A DNA stretch of 64,000 nucleotides from Eledone cirrhosa (lineage: Eukaryota). Position numbers and translations under genes: made by a program. Under the pieces are notes generated by a model, which saw only the letters and a program-made list of their open reading frames with translations, had not been told where the DNA came from and did not search any database. This document shows positions 48,801-62,655 of the stretch, in pieces. Each line of letters begins with the position of its first letter. Position 1 is the stretch's first letter. Location of the stretch: NCBI GenBank assembly GCA_964016885.1, contig OZ024742.1:20460001-20524000 (forward strand), given 5' to 3'.

Positions 48801-51800
48801 GGTAGTACTGGTGGTAGTAATACTGGTGGTAGTAATACTGGTGGTGGTAATAGTGACGATGGTACTTCTGGTGGTAGTAATACTGCTGGTGGTTGTAGTG
48901 ACGATGGTAGTACTGGTGGTAGTAATACTGGTGGTAGTAATACTGGTGGTGGTAGTAGTGACGATGGTAGTACTGGTGGTAGTAATACTGGTGGTAGTAA
49001 TACTGGTGGTAGTAATACTGGTGGTGGTAGTAGTGACGATGGTAGTACTGGTGGTAGTAATACTGGTGGTAGTAATACTGGTGGTGGTAATAGTGACGAT
49101 GGTAGTACTGGTGGTAGTAATACTGGTGGTGGTAGTAGTGACGATGGTAGTACTGGTGGTAGTAATACTGGTGGTAGTAATACTGGTGGTGGTAGTAGTG
49201 ACGATGGTAGTACTGGTGGTAGTAATACTGGTGGTAGTAATACTGGTGGTGGTAGTAGTGACGATGGTAGTACTGGTGGTAGTAATACTGGTGGTAGTAA
49301 TACTGGTGGTGGTAATAGTGACGATGGTAGTACTGGTGGTAGTAATACTGCTGGTGGTAGTAGTGACGATGGTAGTACTGGTGGTAGTAATACTGGTGGT
49401 AGTAATACTGGTGGTGGTAGTAGTGACGATGGTAGTACTGGTGGTAGTAATACTGGTGGTAGTAATACTGGTGGTGGTAATAGTGACGATGGTAGTACTG
49501 GTGGTGGTAATACTGGTGGTGGTAGTACTGGTGGTGGTAGTAGTGACGATGGTAGTACTGGTGGTAGTAATACTGGTGGTAGTAATACTGGTGGTGGTAA
49601 TAGTGACGATGGTAGTACTGGTGGTAGTAATACTGGTGGTAGTAATACTGGTGGTGGTAGTAGTGACGATGGTAGTACTGGTGGTGGTAATACTGGTGGT
49701 GGTAGTACTGGTGGTAGTAATACTGGTGGTAGTAATACTGGTGGTGGTAGTACTGGTGGTGGTAGTAGTGACGATGGTAGTACTGGTGGTAGTAATACTG
49801 GTGGTGGTAGTACTGGTGGTGGTAGTAGTGACGATGGTAGTACTGGTGGTAGTAATACTGGTGGTGGTAGTAGTGACGATGGTAGTACTGTTGGTGGTAG
49901 TAGTGACGATGGTAGTACTGGTGGTGGTAATACTGGTGGTAGTAATAATGGTGGTGGTAGTAGTGACAATGGTAGTACTGGTGGTAGTAATACTGGTGGT
50001 GGTAGTACTGGTGGTGGTAGTAGTGACGATGGTAGTACTGGTGGTAGTAATACTGGTGGTGGTAGTAGTGACGATGGTAGTACTGGTGGTAGTAATACTG
50101 GTGGTAGTAATACTGGTGGTGGTAGTAGTGACAATGGTAGTACTGGTGGTGGTAATACTGGTGGTGGTAGTACTGGTGGTGGTAGTACTGGTGGTGGTAG
50201 TAGTGACGATGGTAGTACTGGTGGAAGTAATACTGGTGGTAGTAATACTGGTGGTGGTAATAGTGACGATGGTAGTACTGGTGGTAGTAATACTGGTGGT
50301 GGTAGTACTGGTGGTGGTAGTAGTGACGATGGTAGTACTGGTGGTAGTAATACTGGTGGTAGTAATACTGGTGGTGGTAATAGTGACAATGGTAGTACTG
50401 GTGGTAGTAATACTGGTGGTGGTAGTACTGGTGGTGGTAATAGTGACGATGGTAGTACTGGTGGTAGTAATACTGGTGGTGGTAGTACTGGTGGTGGTAG
50501 TAGTGACGATGGTAGTACTGGTGGTAGTAATACTGGTGGTAGTAATACTGGTGGTGGTAATAGTGACGATGGTAGTACTGGTGGTAGTAATACTGGTGGT
50601 GGTAGTACTGGTGGTGGTAATAGTGACGATGGTAGTACTGGTGGTAGTAATACTGGTGGTGGTAGTACTGGTGGTGGTAGTAGTGACGATGGTAGTACTG
50701 GTGGTAGTAATACTGGTGGTAGTAATACTGGTGGTAGTAATACTGGTGGTAGTAATACTGGTGGTAGTAATACTGGTGGTGGTAGTAGTGACAATGGTAG
50801 TACTGGTGGTAGTAATACTGGTGGTAGTAATACTGGTGGTAGTACTGGTGGTGATAATAGTGACGATAGTAGTACTGGTGGTAGTAATACTGGTGGTGGT
50901 AATACTGGTGGTGGTAATAGTGTCGATGGTAGTACTGGTGGTAGTAATACTGGTGGTGGTAATAGTGACGATGGTAGTACTGGTGGTGGTAGTACTGGTG
51001 GTAGTAATACTGGTGGTGGTAATAGTGACGATGGTAGTACTGGTGGTGGTAATACTGGTGGTGGTAATAGTGACGATGGTAGTACTGGTGGTGGTAATAG
51101 TGACGATGGTAGTACTGGTGGTGGTAATACTGGTGGTGGTAATACTGGTGGTGGTAATACTGGTGGTGGTAATAGTGACGATGGTAGTACTGGTGGTGGT
51201 AATACTGGTGGTGGTAATAGTGACGATGGTAGTACTGGTGGTGGTAATACTGGTGGTAGTAATAGTGACGATGGTAGTACTGGTGGTAGTAATACTGGTG
51301 GTGATAATACTGGTGGTGGTAATAGTGTCGATGGTAGTACTGGTGGTGGTAATACTGGTGGTGGTAGTACTGGTGGTAGTAATACTGGTGGTGGTAATAC
51401 TGGTGGTGGTAATAGTGACGATGGTAGTACTGGTGGTAGTAATACTGGTGGTGGTAGTACTGGTGGTGGTAATACTGGTGGTTGTAGTACTGGTGGTAGT
51501 AATACTGGTGGTGATAATAGTGACGATGGTAGTACTGGTGGTGGTAATGGTGACGATGGTAGTACTGGTGGTAGTAATACTGGTGGTGGTAGTACTGGTG
51601 GTGGTAATACTGGTGGTGGTAATACTGGTGGTGGTAATGGTGACGATGGTAGTACTGGTGGTAGTAATACTGGTGGTGGTAGTACTGGTGGTGATAATAC
51701 TGGTGGTGGTAATACTGGTGGTAGTAATAGTGGTGGTGGTAATAGTGACGATGGTAGTACTGGTGGTGGTAATACTGGTGGTGATAATAGTGACAATGGT

Positions 51801-54800
51801 AGTACTGGTGGTAGTAATACTGGTGGTAGTAATACTGGTGGTGGTAATGGTGACAATGGTAGTACTGGTGGTGGTAATACTGGTGGTGGTAATACTGGTG
51901 GTGATAATAGTGACAATGGTAGTACTGGTGGTAGTAATACTGGTGGTAGTAATACTGGTGGTGGTAATACTGACGATGGTAGTACTGGTGGTGGTAATAC
52001 TGGTGGTGGTAGTAGTGACGCTGGTAGTACTGGTGGTAGTAATACTGGTGGTGATGATAGTGACGATGGTAGTACTGGTGGTGGTAATACTGGTGTTGAT
52101 AATACTGGTGATGGTAGTATTGGTGGTGGTAATACTGGTGGTGATAATAGTGACGATGGTAGTACTGGTGGTGGTAATACTGGTGGTGATAATAGTGACG
52201 ATAGTAGTACTGGTGGTGGTAATACAGGTGGTGGTAGTAGTGACGCTGGTAGTACTGGTGATAGTAATACTGGTGGTGGTAATAGTGACGATGGTAGTAC
52301 TGGTGGTGGTAATACTGGTGGTGGTAATGGTGACGATGGTAGTACTGGTGGTGGTAATACTGGTGGTGGTAATAGTGACGATGGTAGTACTGGTGGTAGT
52401 AATACTGGTGGTGGTAGTACTGGTGGTAGTAATACTGGTGGTAATGATAGTGACGATGGTAGTACTGGTGGTGGTAATACTGGTGGTGATAATGGTGACG
52501 ATGGTAGTACTGGTGGTTATAATACTGGTGGTAATGATAGTGACGATGGTAGTACTAGTGGTGGTAATACTGGTGGTGGTAATAGTGACGATGGTAGTAC
52601 TAGTGGTGGTAATACTGGTGGTGGTAATAGTGACGATGGTAGTACTGGTGGTGGTAATACTGGTGGTGGTAATAGTGACGATGGTAGTACTGGTGGTAGT
52701 AATACTGGTGGTGGTAGTACTGGTGGTAGTAATACTGGTGGTGGTAATAGTGACGATGGTAGTACTGGTGGTGGTAATACTGGTGGTGATAATAGTGACG
52801 ATGGTAGTACTGGTGGTGGTAATACTGGTGGTGGTAATACTGGTGGTGATGATAGTGACGATGGTAGTACTGGTGGTGGTAATAGTGACGATGGTAGTAC
52901 TGGTGGTGGTAGTACTGGTGGTAGTAATACTGGTGGTGGTAATAGTGACGATGGTAGTACTGGTGGTAGTAATACTGGTGGTGATAATAGTGACCATGGT
53001 AGTACTGGTGGTGGTAATACTGGTGGTGGTAATACTGGTGGTGGTAGTACTGGTGGTAGTAATACTGGTGGTGGTAATAGTGACGATGGTAGTACTGGTG
53101 GTAGTAATACTGGTGGTGGTAGCACTGGTGGTAGTAATACTGGTTGTGGTAATAGTGACGATGGTAGTACTGGTGGTGGTAATACTGGTGGTGGTAGTAC
53201 TGGTGGTAGTAATACTGGTGGTGGTAATAGTGACGATGGTAGTACTGGTGGTAGTAATACTGGTGGTGGTAGTACTGGTGGTAGTAATACTGGTGGTGGT
53301 AATAGTGACGATGGTAGTACTAGTGGTGGTAATACTGGTGGTGGTAATAGTGACGATGGTAGTACTGGTGGTAGTAATACTGGTGGTGGTAGTACTGGTG
53401 GTAGTAATACTGGTGGTGGTAATACTGGTGGTGGTAATAGTGACGATGGTAGTACTGGTGGTGGTAATACTGGTGGTGATAATAGTGACGGTGGTAGTAC
53501 TGGTGGTGGTAATACTGGTGGTGGTAATGGTGACGATGGTAGTACTGGTGGTAGTAATACTGGTGGTGGTATTAGTGACGATGGTAGTACTGGTGGTAGT
53601 AATACTGGTGGTGGTAATAGTGACGATGGTAGTACTGGTGGTGGTAATACTGGTGGTGATAATAGTGACGGTGGTAGTACTGGTGGTGGTAATACTGGTG
53701 GTGGTAATGGTGACGATGGTAGTACTGGTGGTAGTAATACTGGTGGTGGTAGTAGTGACGATGGTAGTACTGGTGGTAGTAATACTGGTGGTAGTAATAC
53801 TGGTGGTGGTAGTAGTGACGATGGTAGTACTGGTGGTAGTAATACTGGTGGTGGTAGTACTGGTGGTGGTACTAGTGACGATGGTAGTACTGGTGGTAGT
53901 AATACTGGTGGTAGTAATACTGGTGGTAGTAATACTGGTGGTGGTAGTACTGGTGGTGGTAGTAGTGACGATGGTAGTACTGGTGGTGGTAATACTGGTG
54001 GTAGTAATACTTGTGGTGGTAGTAGTGACGATGGTAGTACTGGTGGTAGTAATACTGGTGGTAGTAATAGTGACGATGGTAGTACTGGTGGTAGTAATAC
54101 TGGTGGTAGTAATAGTGACGATGGTAGTACTGGTGGTAGTAATACTGGTGGTGGTAATAGTGACGATGGTAGTACTGGTGGTAGTAATACTGGTGGTGGT
54201 AGTAGTGACGATGGTAGTACTGGTGGTAGTAATACTGGTGGTAGTAATACTGGTGGTGGTAGTAGTGACGATGGTAGTACTGGTGGTAGTAATACTGGTG
54301 GTGGTAGTACTGGTGGTGGTAGTAGTGACGATGGTAGTACTGGTGGTAGTAATACTGGTGGTGGTAGTACTGGTGGTGGTAGTAGTGACGATGGTAGTAC
54401 TGGTGGAAGTAATACTGGTGGTAGTAATACTGGTGGTGGTAGTAGTGACGATGGTAGTACTGGTGGTGGTAATACTGGTGGTGGTAGTAGTGACGATGGT
54501 AGTACTGGTGGTAGTAATACTGGTGGTGGTAATAGTGACGATGGTAGTACTGGTGGTAGTAATACTGGTGGTAGTAATACTGGTGGTGGTAGTAGTGACG
54601 ATGGTAGTACTGGTGGTGGTAATACTGGTGGTAGTAATACTGGTGGTGGTAGTACTGGTGGTGGTAGTAGTGACGATGGTAGTACTGGTGGTAGTAATAC
54701 TGGTGGTAGTAATACTGGTGGTGGTAGTAGTGACGATGGTAGTACTGGTGGTAGTAATACTGGTGGTAGTAATACTGGTGGTGGTAATAGTGACGATGGT

Positions 54801-57197
54801 AGTACTGGTGGTAGTAATACTGGTGGTAGTAATACTGGTGGTGGTAGTAGTGACGATGGTAGTACTGGTGGAAGTAATACTGGTGGTAGTAATACTGGTG
54901 GTGGTAGTAGTGACGATGGTAGTACTGGTGGTAGTAATACTGGTGGTAGTAATACTGGTGGTGGTAGTAGTGACGATGGTAGTACTGGTGGTAGTAATAC
55001 TGGTGGTAGTAATACTGGTGGTGGTAGTAGTGACGATGGTAGTACTGGTGGTAGTAATACTGGTGGTAGTAATACTGGTGGTAGTAATACTGGTGGTGGT
55101 AGTACTGGTGGTGGTAATACTGGTGGTAGTAATAGTGACGATGGTAGTACTGGTGGTGGTAATACTGGTGGTGGTAATACTGGTGGTGGTAGTACTGGTG
55201 GTGGTAATACTGGTGGTGGTAATACTGGTGGTGGTAGTACTGGTGGTGGTAATACTGGTGGTAGTAATACTGGTGGTGGTAATACTGGTGGTGGTAATGG
55301 TGACGATGGTAGTACTGGTGGTGGTAATACTGGTGGTAGTAATAGTGACGATGGTAGTACTGGTGGTGGTAATACTGGTGGTGGTAGTACTGGTGGTGGT
55401 AATACTGGTGGTAGTAATACTGGTGGTGGTAGTACTGGTGGTGGTAATAGTGACGATGGTAGTACTGGTGGTGGTAATACTGGTGGTAGTAATAGTGACG
55501 ATGGTAGTACTGGTGGTGGTAATACTGGTGGTGGTAGTACTGGTGGTGGTAATACTGGTGGTAGTAATACTGGTGGTGGTAATACTGGTGGTGGTAATAG
55601 TGACGATGGTAGTACTGGTGGTGGTAATACTGGTGGTGGTAATGGTGACGATGTTAGTACTGGTGGTGGTAATACCGGTGGTGGTAATGGTGACGATGTT
55701 AGTACTGGTGGTGGTAATACTGGTGGTGGTAATAGTGACGATGGTAGTACTGGTGGTGGTAATACTGGTGGTGGTAATACTGGTGGTGGTAATACTGGTG
55801 GTAGTAATACTGGTGGTGGTAGTACTGGTGGTGGTAATAGTGACGATGGTAGTACTGGTGGTGGTAATACTGGTGGTGGTAGTACTGGTGGTGGTAATAG
55901 TGACGATGGTAGTACTGGTGGTGGTAATACTGGTGGTGGTAATACTGGTGGTAGTAATACTGGTGGTGGTAATAGTGACGATGGTAGTACTGGTGGTGGT
56001 AATACTGGTGGTAGTAATACTGGTGGTGGTAATAGTGACGATGGTAGTACTGGTGGTGGTAATACTGGTGGTAGTAATACTGGTGGTGGTAATACTGGTG
56101 GTAGTAATACTGGTGGTGGTAATACTGGTGGTGGTAATAGTGACGATGGTAGTACTGGTGGTGGTAATACTGGTGGTGGTAATAGTGACGATGGTAGTAC
56201 TGGTGGTGGTAATACTGGTGGTGGTAATACTGGTGGTAGTAATACTGGTGGTGGTAGTACTGGTGGTGGTAATACTGGTGGTGATAATAGTGACAATGGT
56301 AGTACTGGTGGTAGTAATACTGGTGGTGGTAATGGTGACGATGGTAGTACTGGTGGTGGTAATACTGGTGGTGGTAGTACTGGTGGTAGTAATACTGGTG
56401 GTAGTAATACTGGTGGTGGTAATAGTGACGATGGTAGTACTGGTGGTGGTAATACTGGTGGTGGTAGTACTGGTGGTGGTAATAGTGACGATGGTAGTAC
56501 TGGTGGTGGTAATACTGGTGGTGGTAGTACTGGTGGTGGTAATAGTGACGATGGTAGTACTGGTGGTAATACTGGTGGTGGTAATACTGGTGGTGGTAAT
56601 GTTGACGATGGTAGTTCTGGTGGTAGTAATACTGGTGGTGGTAGTAGTGACGATGGTAGTACTGGTGGTGGTAATACTGGTGGTGGTAATAGTGACGATG
56701 GTAGTATTGGTGGTAGTAATACTGGTGGTAGTAATACTGGTGGTGGTAGTACTGGTGGTGGTAATACTGGTGGTGGTAATACTGGTGGTGGTAGTACTGG
56801 TGGTGGTAATACTGGTGGTGATAATAGTGACGATGGTAGTACTGGTGGTAGTAATACTGGTGGTGATAATAGTGACGATGGTAGTACTGGTGGTAGTAAT
56901 ACTGGTGGTGGTAATACTGGTGGTGGTAGTAGTGACGATGGTAATACTGGTGGTGATAATAGTGACGATGGTAATACTGGTGGTGGTAATAGTGACGATG
57001 GTAGTACTGGTGGTGGTAATACTGGTGGTGGTAATACTGGTGGTGGTAATACTGGTGGTGGTAGTACTGGTGGTGGTAATACTGGTGCTGGTAGTACTGG
57101 TGGTAGTAGTACTGGTGGTGGTAATGCAATCAGCTATAACAGTGACGACATTTACAAGCAAAAATATGCCAGAGATCTTCTGATTAACATTAAATAA
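45863..57197 (+). CDS. Candidate giant terminal exon encoding ~3,780 aa of Gly/Ser/Thr/Asn/Asp pentapeptide repeats
   Basis: Polypyrimidine tract + CAG at 45860-45862; in-frame unique flanks (IQSHLN..., ...[23 protein letters not shown]); the terminal NSDD uses different synonymous codons. No start exon identified. Confidence 0.4.
45879..57125. repeat. 11.2-kb array of 15-nt units (GGTAGTACTGGTGGT / GGTAATACTGGTGGT / AGTAATACTGGTGGT / GGTAATAGTGACGAT)
   Basis: Strict 15-nt phase, with 3-nt deletions near 50840 and 56565. Confidence 0.97.
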
Positions 57198-57258
57198 CAA
57201 TCTTGACTATTACATCCCTTTCGAATTCGGAAACGACAAAGCAGTCGTTTACTTGATA

Positions 57259-57317
<59 letters not shown>

Positions 57318-57463
57318 GTGTGCATGTATCTATGTGAATAAGCACATACATATAGATGTGTCCATTGACAAATCATATGTATGGGCAGAATAAATATGTA
57401 AATATTTCTTATGTCATATACTTTTCCCAATATACACGCACACAGAAAGATTGATACATGTGT

Positions 57464-57534
<71 letters not shown>

Positions 57535-57535
57535 C

Positions 57536-57593
<58 letters not shown>

Positions 57594-58113
57594 ATATATA
57601 TACTTATATACATATACATACATACAGAAATATAGAGCGACATATATATATTCATATATATATGTATATATATATATATATTTAGCGAGATATATATAAG
57701 TGTGTATATATATACAGGTGTATGTGGTAGGTGTTTCACATGAGGATTCAGTTAAAGGAATCAGATTATTCCACTAATTACATTAATACTACAAACTATA
57801 TTAATTTACTGTAATTTTTGTTGTATTTGTTTGTAATTTCCGTACATTAATTTCCAATACTTTATCTAATAACCAATAGGAAATATTAGTATTAATAATA
57901 ATAATATATATAGTAAATATTAGTAAAATCAATAATATGTGTGTGTATGTGTATATGTATATATATGTGTGTGTACATATATACTTATATATATATATAG
58001 TTAAAGAATGAAGTGTAACATGGTTGGCTGTACAATAAGGGCTTTATTTAAAGTACTGACAATTGTTTCATTGATCAGGTGAGTCTAGAATTCGCTAATC
58101 GCTTTCAGTTTCG

Positions 58114-58177
<64 letters not shown>

Positions 58178-58309
58178 TATATATATATATAGACACATAT
58201 ATATATATACACACACACATATATATATATATGCTCATATATATATATAATATATGTATATATAATATGTATATGTATATATATATGTGTGTATATATAT
58301 ATATATATT

Positions 58310-58349
<40 letters not shown>

Positions 58350-58442
58350 GTATAAAATATGTCCATATATGTATATATATAATATATCCATATATATAAT
58401 GTATAACATATGTACATATATGTATATATATAATATATACAT

Positions 58443-58490
<48 letters not shown>

Positions 58491-58507
58491 TATATGTATA
58501 TATACTC

Positions 58508-58552
<45 letters not shown>

Positions 58553-58702
58553 TATATATACATATATATATATACATATATATATATTGATCATCAAGTA
58601 TGAAATTTGTAAAGATTTCTTCAAAAAACACATATTTTTACAATTTCATACTTGGCGATCCAATATATATATGTATATATATATATACAATATATATATA
58701 TT

Positions 58703-58745
<43 letters not shown>

Positions 58746-59335
58746 ATATATATAATGTTCATATATATAATATATATATGTATGCGTGTATATATATATA
58801 ATGTATGTGTGTGTATGTATATATATATATAAAATATATATATTTATAATATGAATATATATATGTGTGTGCGTGTATGTATATATATATACGGGTGAAA
58901 GCAGCGATTCTTTGTTTAAACTTTAATCTGTTATTTTAATAAATATATATATATAATATAAATATGTATATATATAATATAAATATGTATATATATAATA
59001 TAAATATGTATATTTATAATATAAATATGTATATATATAATATAAATATGTATATATATATGTGTGGGGTGTATATATATATATACACACACACACACAC
59101 ATAACATACATATTTAAGATGTTAGTGTAAAACTCTAGTTCTCATTAATGTCTTTAGAAACTCTCCATACGTTACATTTAGTTAGCAGACGAGAAATAAT
59201 CAGGAAAAGCATCAATCAAAGTTTCTAGATTAATAATGAAAGAAATAAACACCGGGACTCAGTTTTTAAAAGATCTTCATTTACATCGTTGATGAGTTGA
59301 GAATTGAAGAAGTAAATATATATATCTTACGGCGA

Positions 59336-59454
<119 letters not shown>

Positions 59455-59463
59455 ACATTTATA

Positions 59464-59500
<37 letters not shown>

Positions 59501-59744
59501 GTGGTTACACAACAGTTAGTTCACCATACCGAGAACAATTGTTTCACCTTAGCGGATCTTCCGCTCGGAATGGGCATGGTTATAGGAACAGCAAGAACAA
59601 CCATACGAACGCGCATGCGCAGAAACCCGGTCACTTCACACTTCAGTGCGTGCGAGAAGTGTAAGGAAGATAACTGCGAAAGTCCGAAAAGTTTTTAGGT
59701 TGAAAATAAAATTACAAAGAATCTGGTGATCTAGCCCACATCAC

Positions 59745-60225
59745 CAGCAGTCCTAGGAGCAACACCCCACCAGGGTGCTCTTGCCGTAAGCCTGAAGCTT
59801 GCCCCCTTCAACGGCAATGCAACACACCAGCTGTAATCTATGAAGTTGTGGTCACTTCCAACCGACCAAACGAACCACAGGAGGTTAAATCCTATGTGGG
59901 TATGGCGGAGGGCCGATTCAAGGAACGTTTCCTGAACCACCAGTCTACCTTCAGATACCTGGACAGACGTTCATCCACGTAACTCGCGAGCCACGTATGG
60001 TCCCTCAAGGACTCAAGTATATGGTACTCCATTCAATGGAAAGCCATCACTAAGTCCAAGCCATACGCAAGGGGAAATCCGACGTGTGGCTTATGTATTG
60101 ACGAACGAATAACTATTCTAAAGAGATTACGCAATAGTGATTGCCTAAACACGAGAAGTGAATTTTTCACACGTTGTCCACACGTCGCCAAACACCTATT
60201 GCATAACTACAAGGCTCCGGACTGA
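59745..60225 (+). pseudogene. PLE GIY-YIG endonuclease relic
   Basis: CSCRKPEACPFNG/CNTPAVIYEV..YVGMAEGRFKERFLNHQSTF..T*LASHVWSLKD..CGLCIDE..LNTRSEFFTRCPH. One frameshift (~59818) and one stop (59980). Confidence 0.85.
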
Positions 60226-60387
60226 TTCTTTGTAATTTTATTTTCAACCTAAAAACTTTTTGGACTTTCGCAGTTTTCTCCCTTACACCTCTCGCACGCA
60301 GTCTTGTATTGCCTCTGTGAAGTGACCGGGTTTCTGCGCATGCGCGTTCGTACGGTTGTCCTTCCTGTTACTATAACCATGCCCATT

Positions 60388-60427
60388 CCGAGCTGAAGAT
60401 CCGCTAAGGTGAAACAATTGTTCTCGG
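60388..60427 (+). ncRNA. Minimal type I hammerhead ribozyme
   Basis: CCGAG-CUGAAGA-UCC(GCUAA)GGU-GAAA-CAAUUGUU^-CUCGG. Canonical core, 5-bp stem I and palindromic stem III. Confidence 0.8.
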
Positions 60428-60574
60428 TATGGTGAACTAACTGTTGTGTAACCACTTCTACCTAACTCGTCCCATGGATTGAGTGCTCTACCACTACGGA
60501 TATTACCTTCCAGTGTTCCACCACTATATATATATATATATATATGTATGTATATTTATATATATATATATATG

Positions 60575-60671
<97 letters not shown>

Positions 60672-60674
60672 ATG

Positions 60675-60729
<55 letters not shown>

Positions 60730-60756
60730 ATTTATATATATATATATATATGTATG

Positions 60757-60789
<33 letters not shown>

Positions 60790-60814
60790 ATTTATATATA
60801 TATGTATGTATATT

Positions 60815-60853
<39 letters not shown>

Positions 60854-60860
60854 ATATATG

Positions 60861-60925
<65 letters not shown>

Positions 60926-61042
60926 ATTTATATATATATATATATATATGTATGTATATTTATATATATATATATGTATGTATATTTATATATATATATA
61001 TATATGTATGTATATTTATATATATATATATATATGTATGTA

Positions 61043-61083
<41 letters not shown>

Positions 61084-61108
61084 TTTTATATATATATGTA
61101 TGTATATT

Positions 61109-61141
<33 letters not shown>

Positions 61142-61188
61142 ATTTTTATATATATATGTATGTATATTTATATATATATATGTATGTA

Positions 61189-61329
<141 letters not shown>

Positions 61330-61761
61330 GTATATATATACATGCAGATATATTAATACAGATACATACATACATATATATCCTAACATGTGAGTATGAG
61401 TGTGTACATGGATATATATATATATGTGTGTGTGTGTGTGTATGGATGTATGTATAAATGTATACATAATGTAAACATACATATATATACATATATAAAC
61501 GTTGGTAGTAATGAACAAACTATAAAGTGTCCATCAATATGTATCGTAAATTCTATTTTATTGATTAAAGCTATAAAGTGTATTACACATGGAAACTGGA
61601 AAGTAGCGGCTTCGTGGTTTCAGCAAATAATTTAAATATTCATATAGAGAAAGAAAAAGAAACCAAATGTAGCACAACTTTTTAATAGCAACTAAATTTA
61701 CATCTTGGTAAGTCTCGTGGAAGAAGAAAGCGCTACAATGAAATTATAAACACTATTTTAC

Positions 61762-61860
61762 GAGATTGAATGGCTCTTCCAGCGCATCTCCCTTACCATC
61801 CTCCGGGGAAACGCCTTCTCCATCTGTCAACCGGGGCTGTGGGGCGGCCAGAATGTGGGA
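61762..61860 (+). mobile_element. CRE-clade LINE 3' end fragment
   Basis: EIEWLFQRISLTILRGNAFSI. Confidence 0.6.
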
Positions 61861-62078
61861 CCCCATTTGCTCACTATACAGAGGGATGTGGAGGGTGAGA
61901 GAGATGGGAGCCATGACGGTGGGAGTTCAGCACTTCCGTGTTCGGACACATTGCACCTGTCAAGAGTGTATATTGATGTACCATTACACAGATTGAAGTT
62001 AATTAACGAAGGATAATTTGATCCATCTCACGAATTATTTTATTATTGTATTTATTTTTTATCCAAAAGTGAAACACC

Positions 62079-62655
62079 TTCATAGGCTGACCAAGATACT
62101 CTCATGGAATGACCAAATGAGGTTTATTTCTCAACATAATCCCTAGAAAGAAACAAAGCAGTTATTAATAAGATTTGAAGTGAATACATACAAGATTTCA
62201 CAACCCTAACTTCGCTACTTCATAGGCTGACCAAGATACTCTCAAGGAAATACCAAATGAGGTTTATTTCTCAACATAATTCCTAGAAAGAAACAATGCA
62301 GTAATTTAATAAGAACAGTTTTAATGAATGCATACAAGATTTCACAGCTCTAGCATCACTCCTTCATAGGCTGACCAAGATACTGTCATGGAATGACTAA
62401 ATGAGGTTTATTTTTCAATATAGTCCCTGAAAAAAAACAATGCAGTTAATCATAAGAAGAGTTGGAATGAATATATGCAAGATTTCACAGCTCTAGCATC
62501 ACTCCTTCATTGGTTGACCAAGATACTCTCATGGAATGACCAAATGAGGTTTATTTTTCAACATAATCCCCAGAAAGAACCAATGCAGTTATTAATAAGA
62601 AAAGTTGAAATGAATGCATGCAAGCAAGATTTCACAGCTCTAACATCACTCCTTT
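62079..62655. repeat. ~143-bp tandem repeat, 4 diverged copies
   Basis: CTTCATAGGCTGACCAAGATACTCTCATGGAATGACCAAATGAGG recurs at ~62079, 62218, 62362 and 62505. Confidence 0.9.

Larger units (their letters stand above)
59496..60524 (+). mobile_element. 5'-truncated Penelope-like element with inverted pLTR (second PLE family)
   Basis: 59496-59723 is an inverted copy of 60224-60460. A GIY-YIG relic lies between them, the right copy has a ~64-nt tail, and both ends lie in (TA)n. Confidence 0.85.

Noticed and set aside
45876-57200. Thr-rich (minus), Val-rich (plus), Pro/Leu-rich and His/Tyr-rich ORFs over the 15-mer array
   Set aside because: These are shadow frames of the same triplet repeat. 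The Thr frame starts at TTG, the Pro and His frames are broken by stops, and poly-Val is implausible. A Thr-rich exon on the minus strand cannot be fully excluded.
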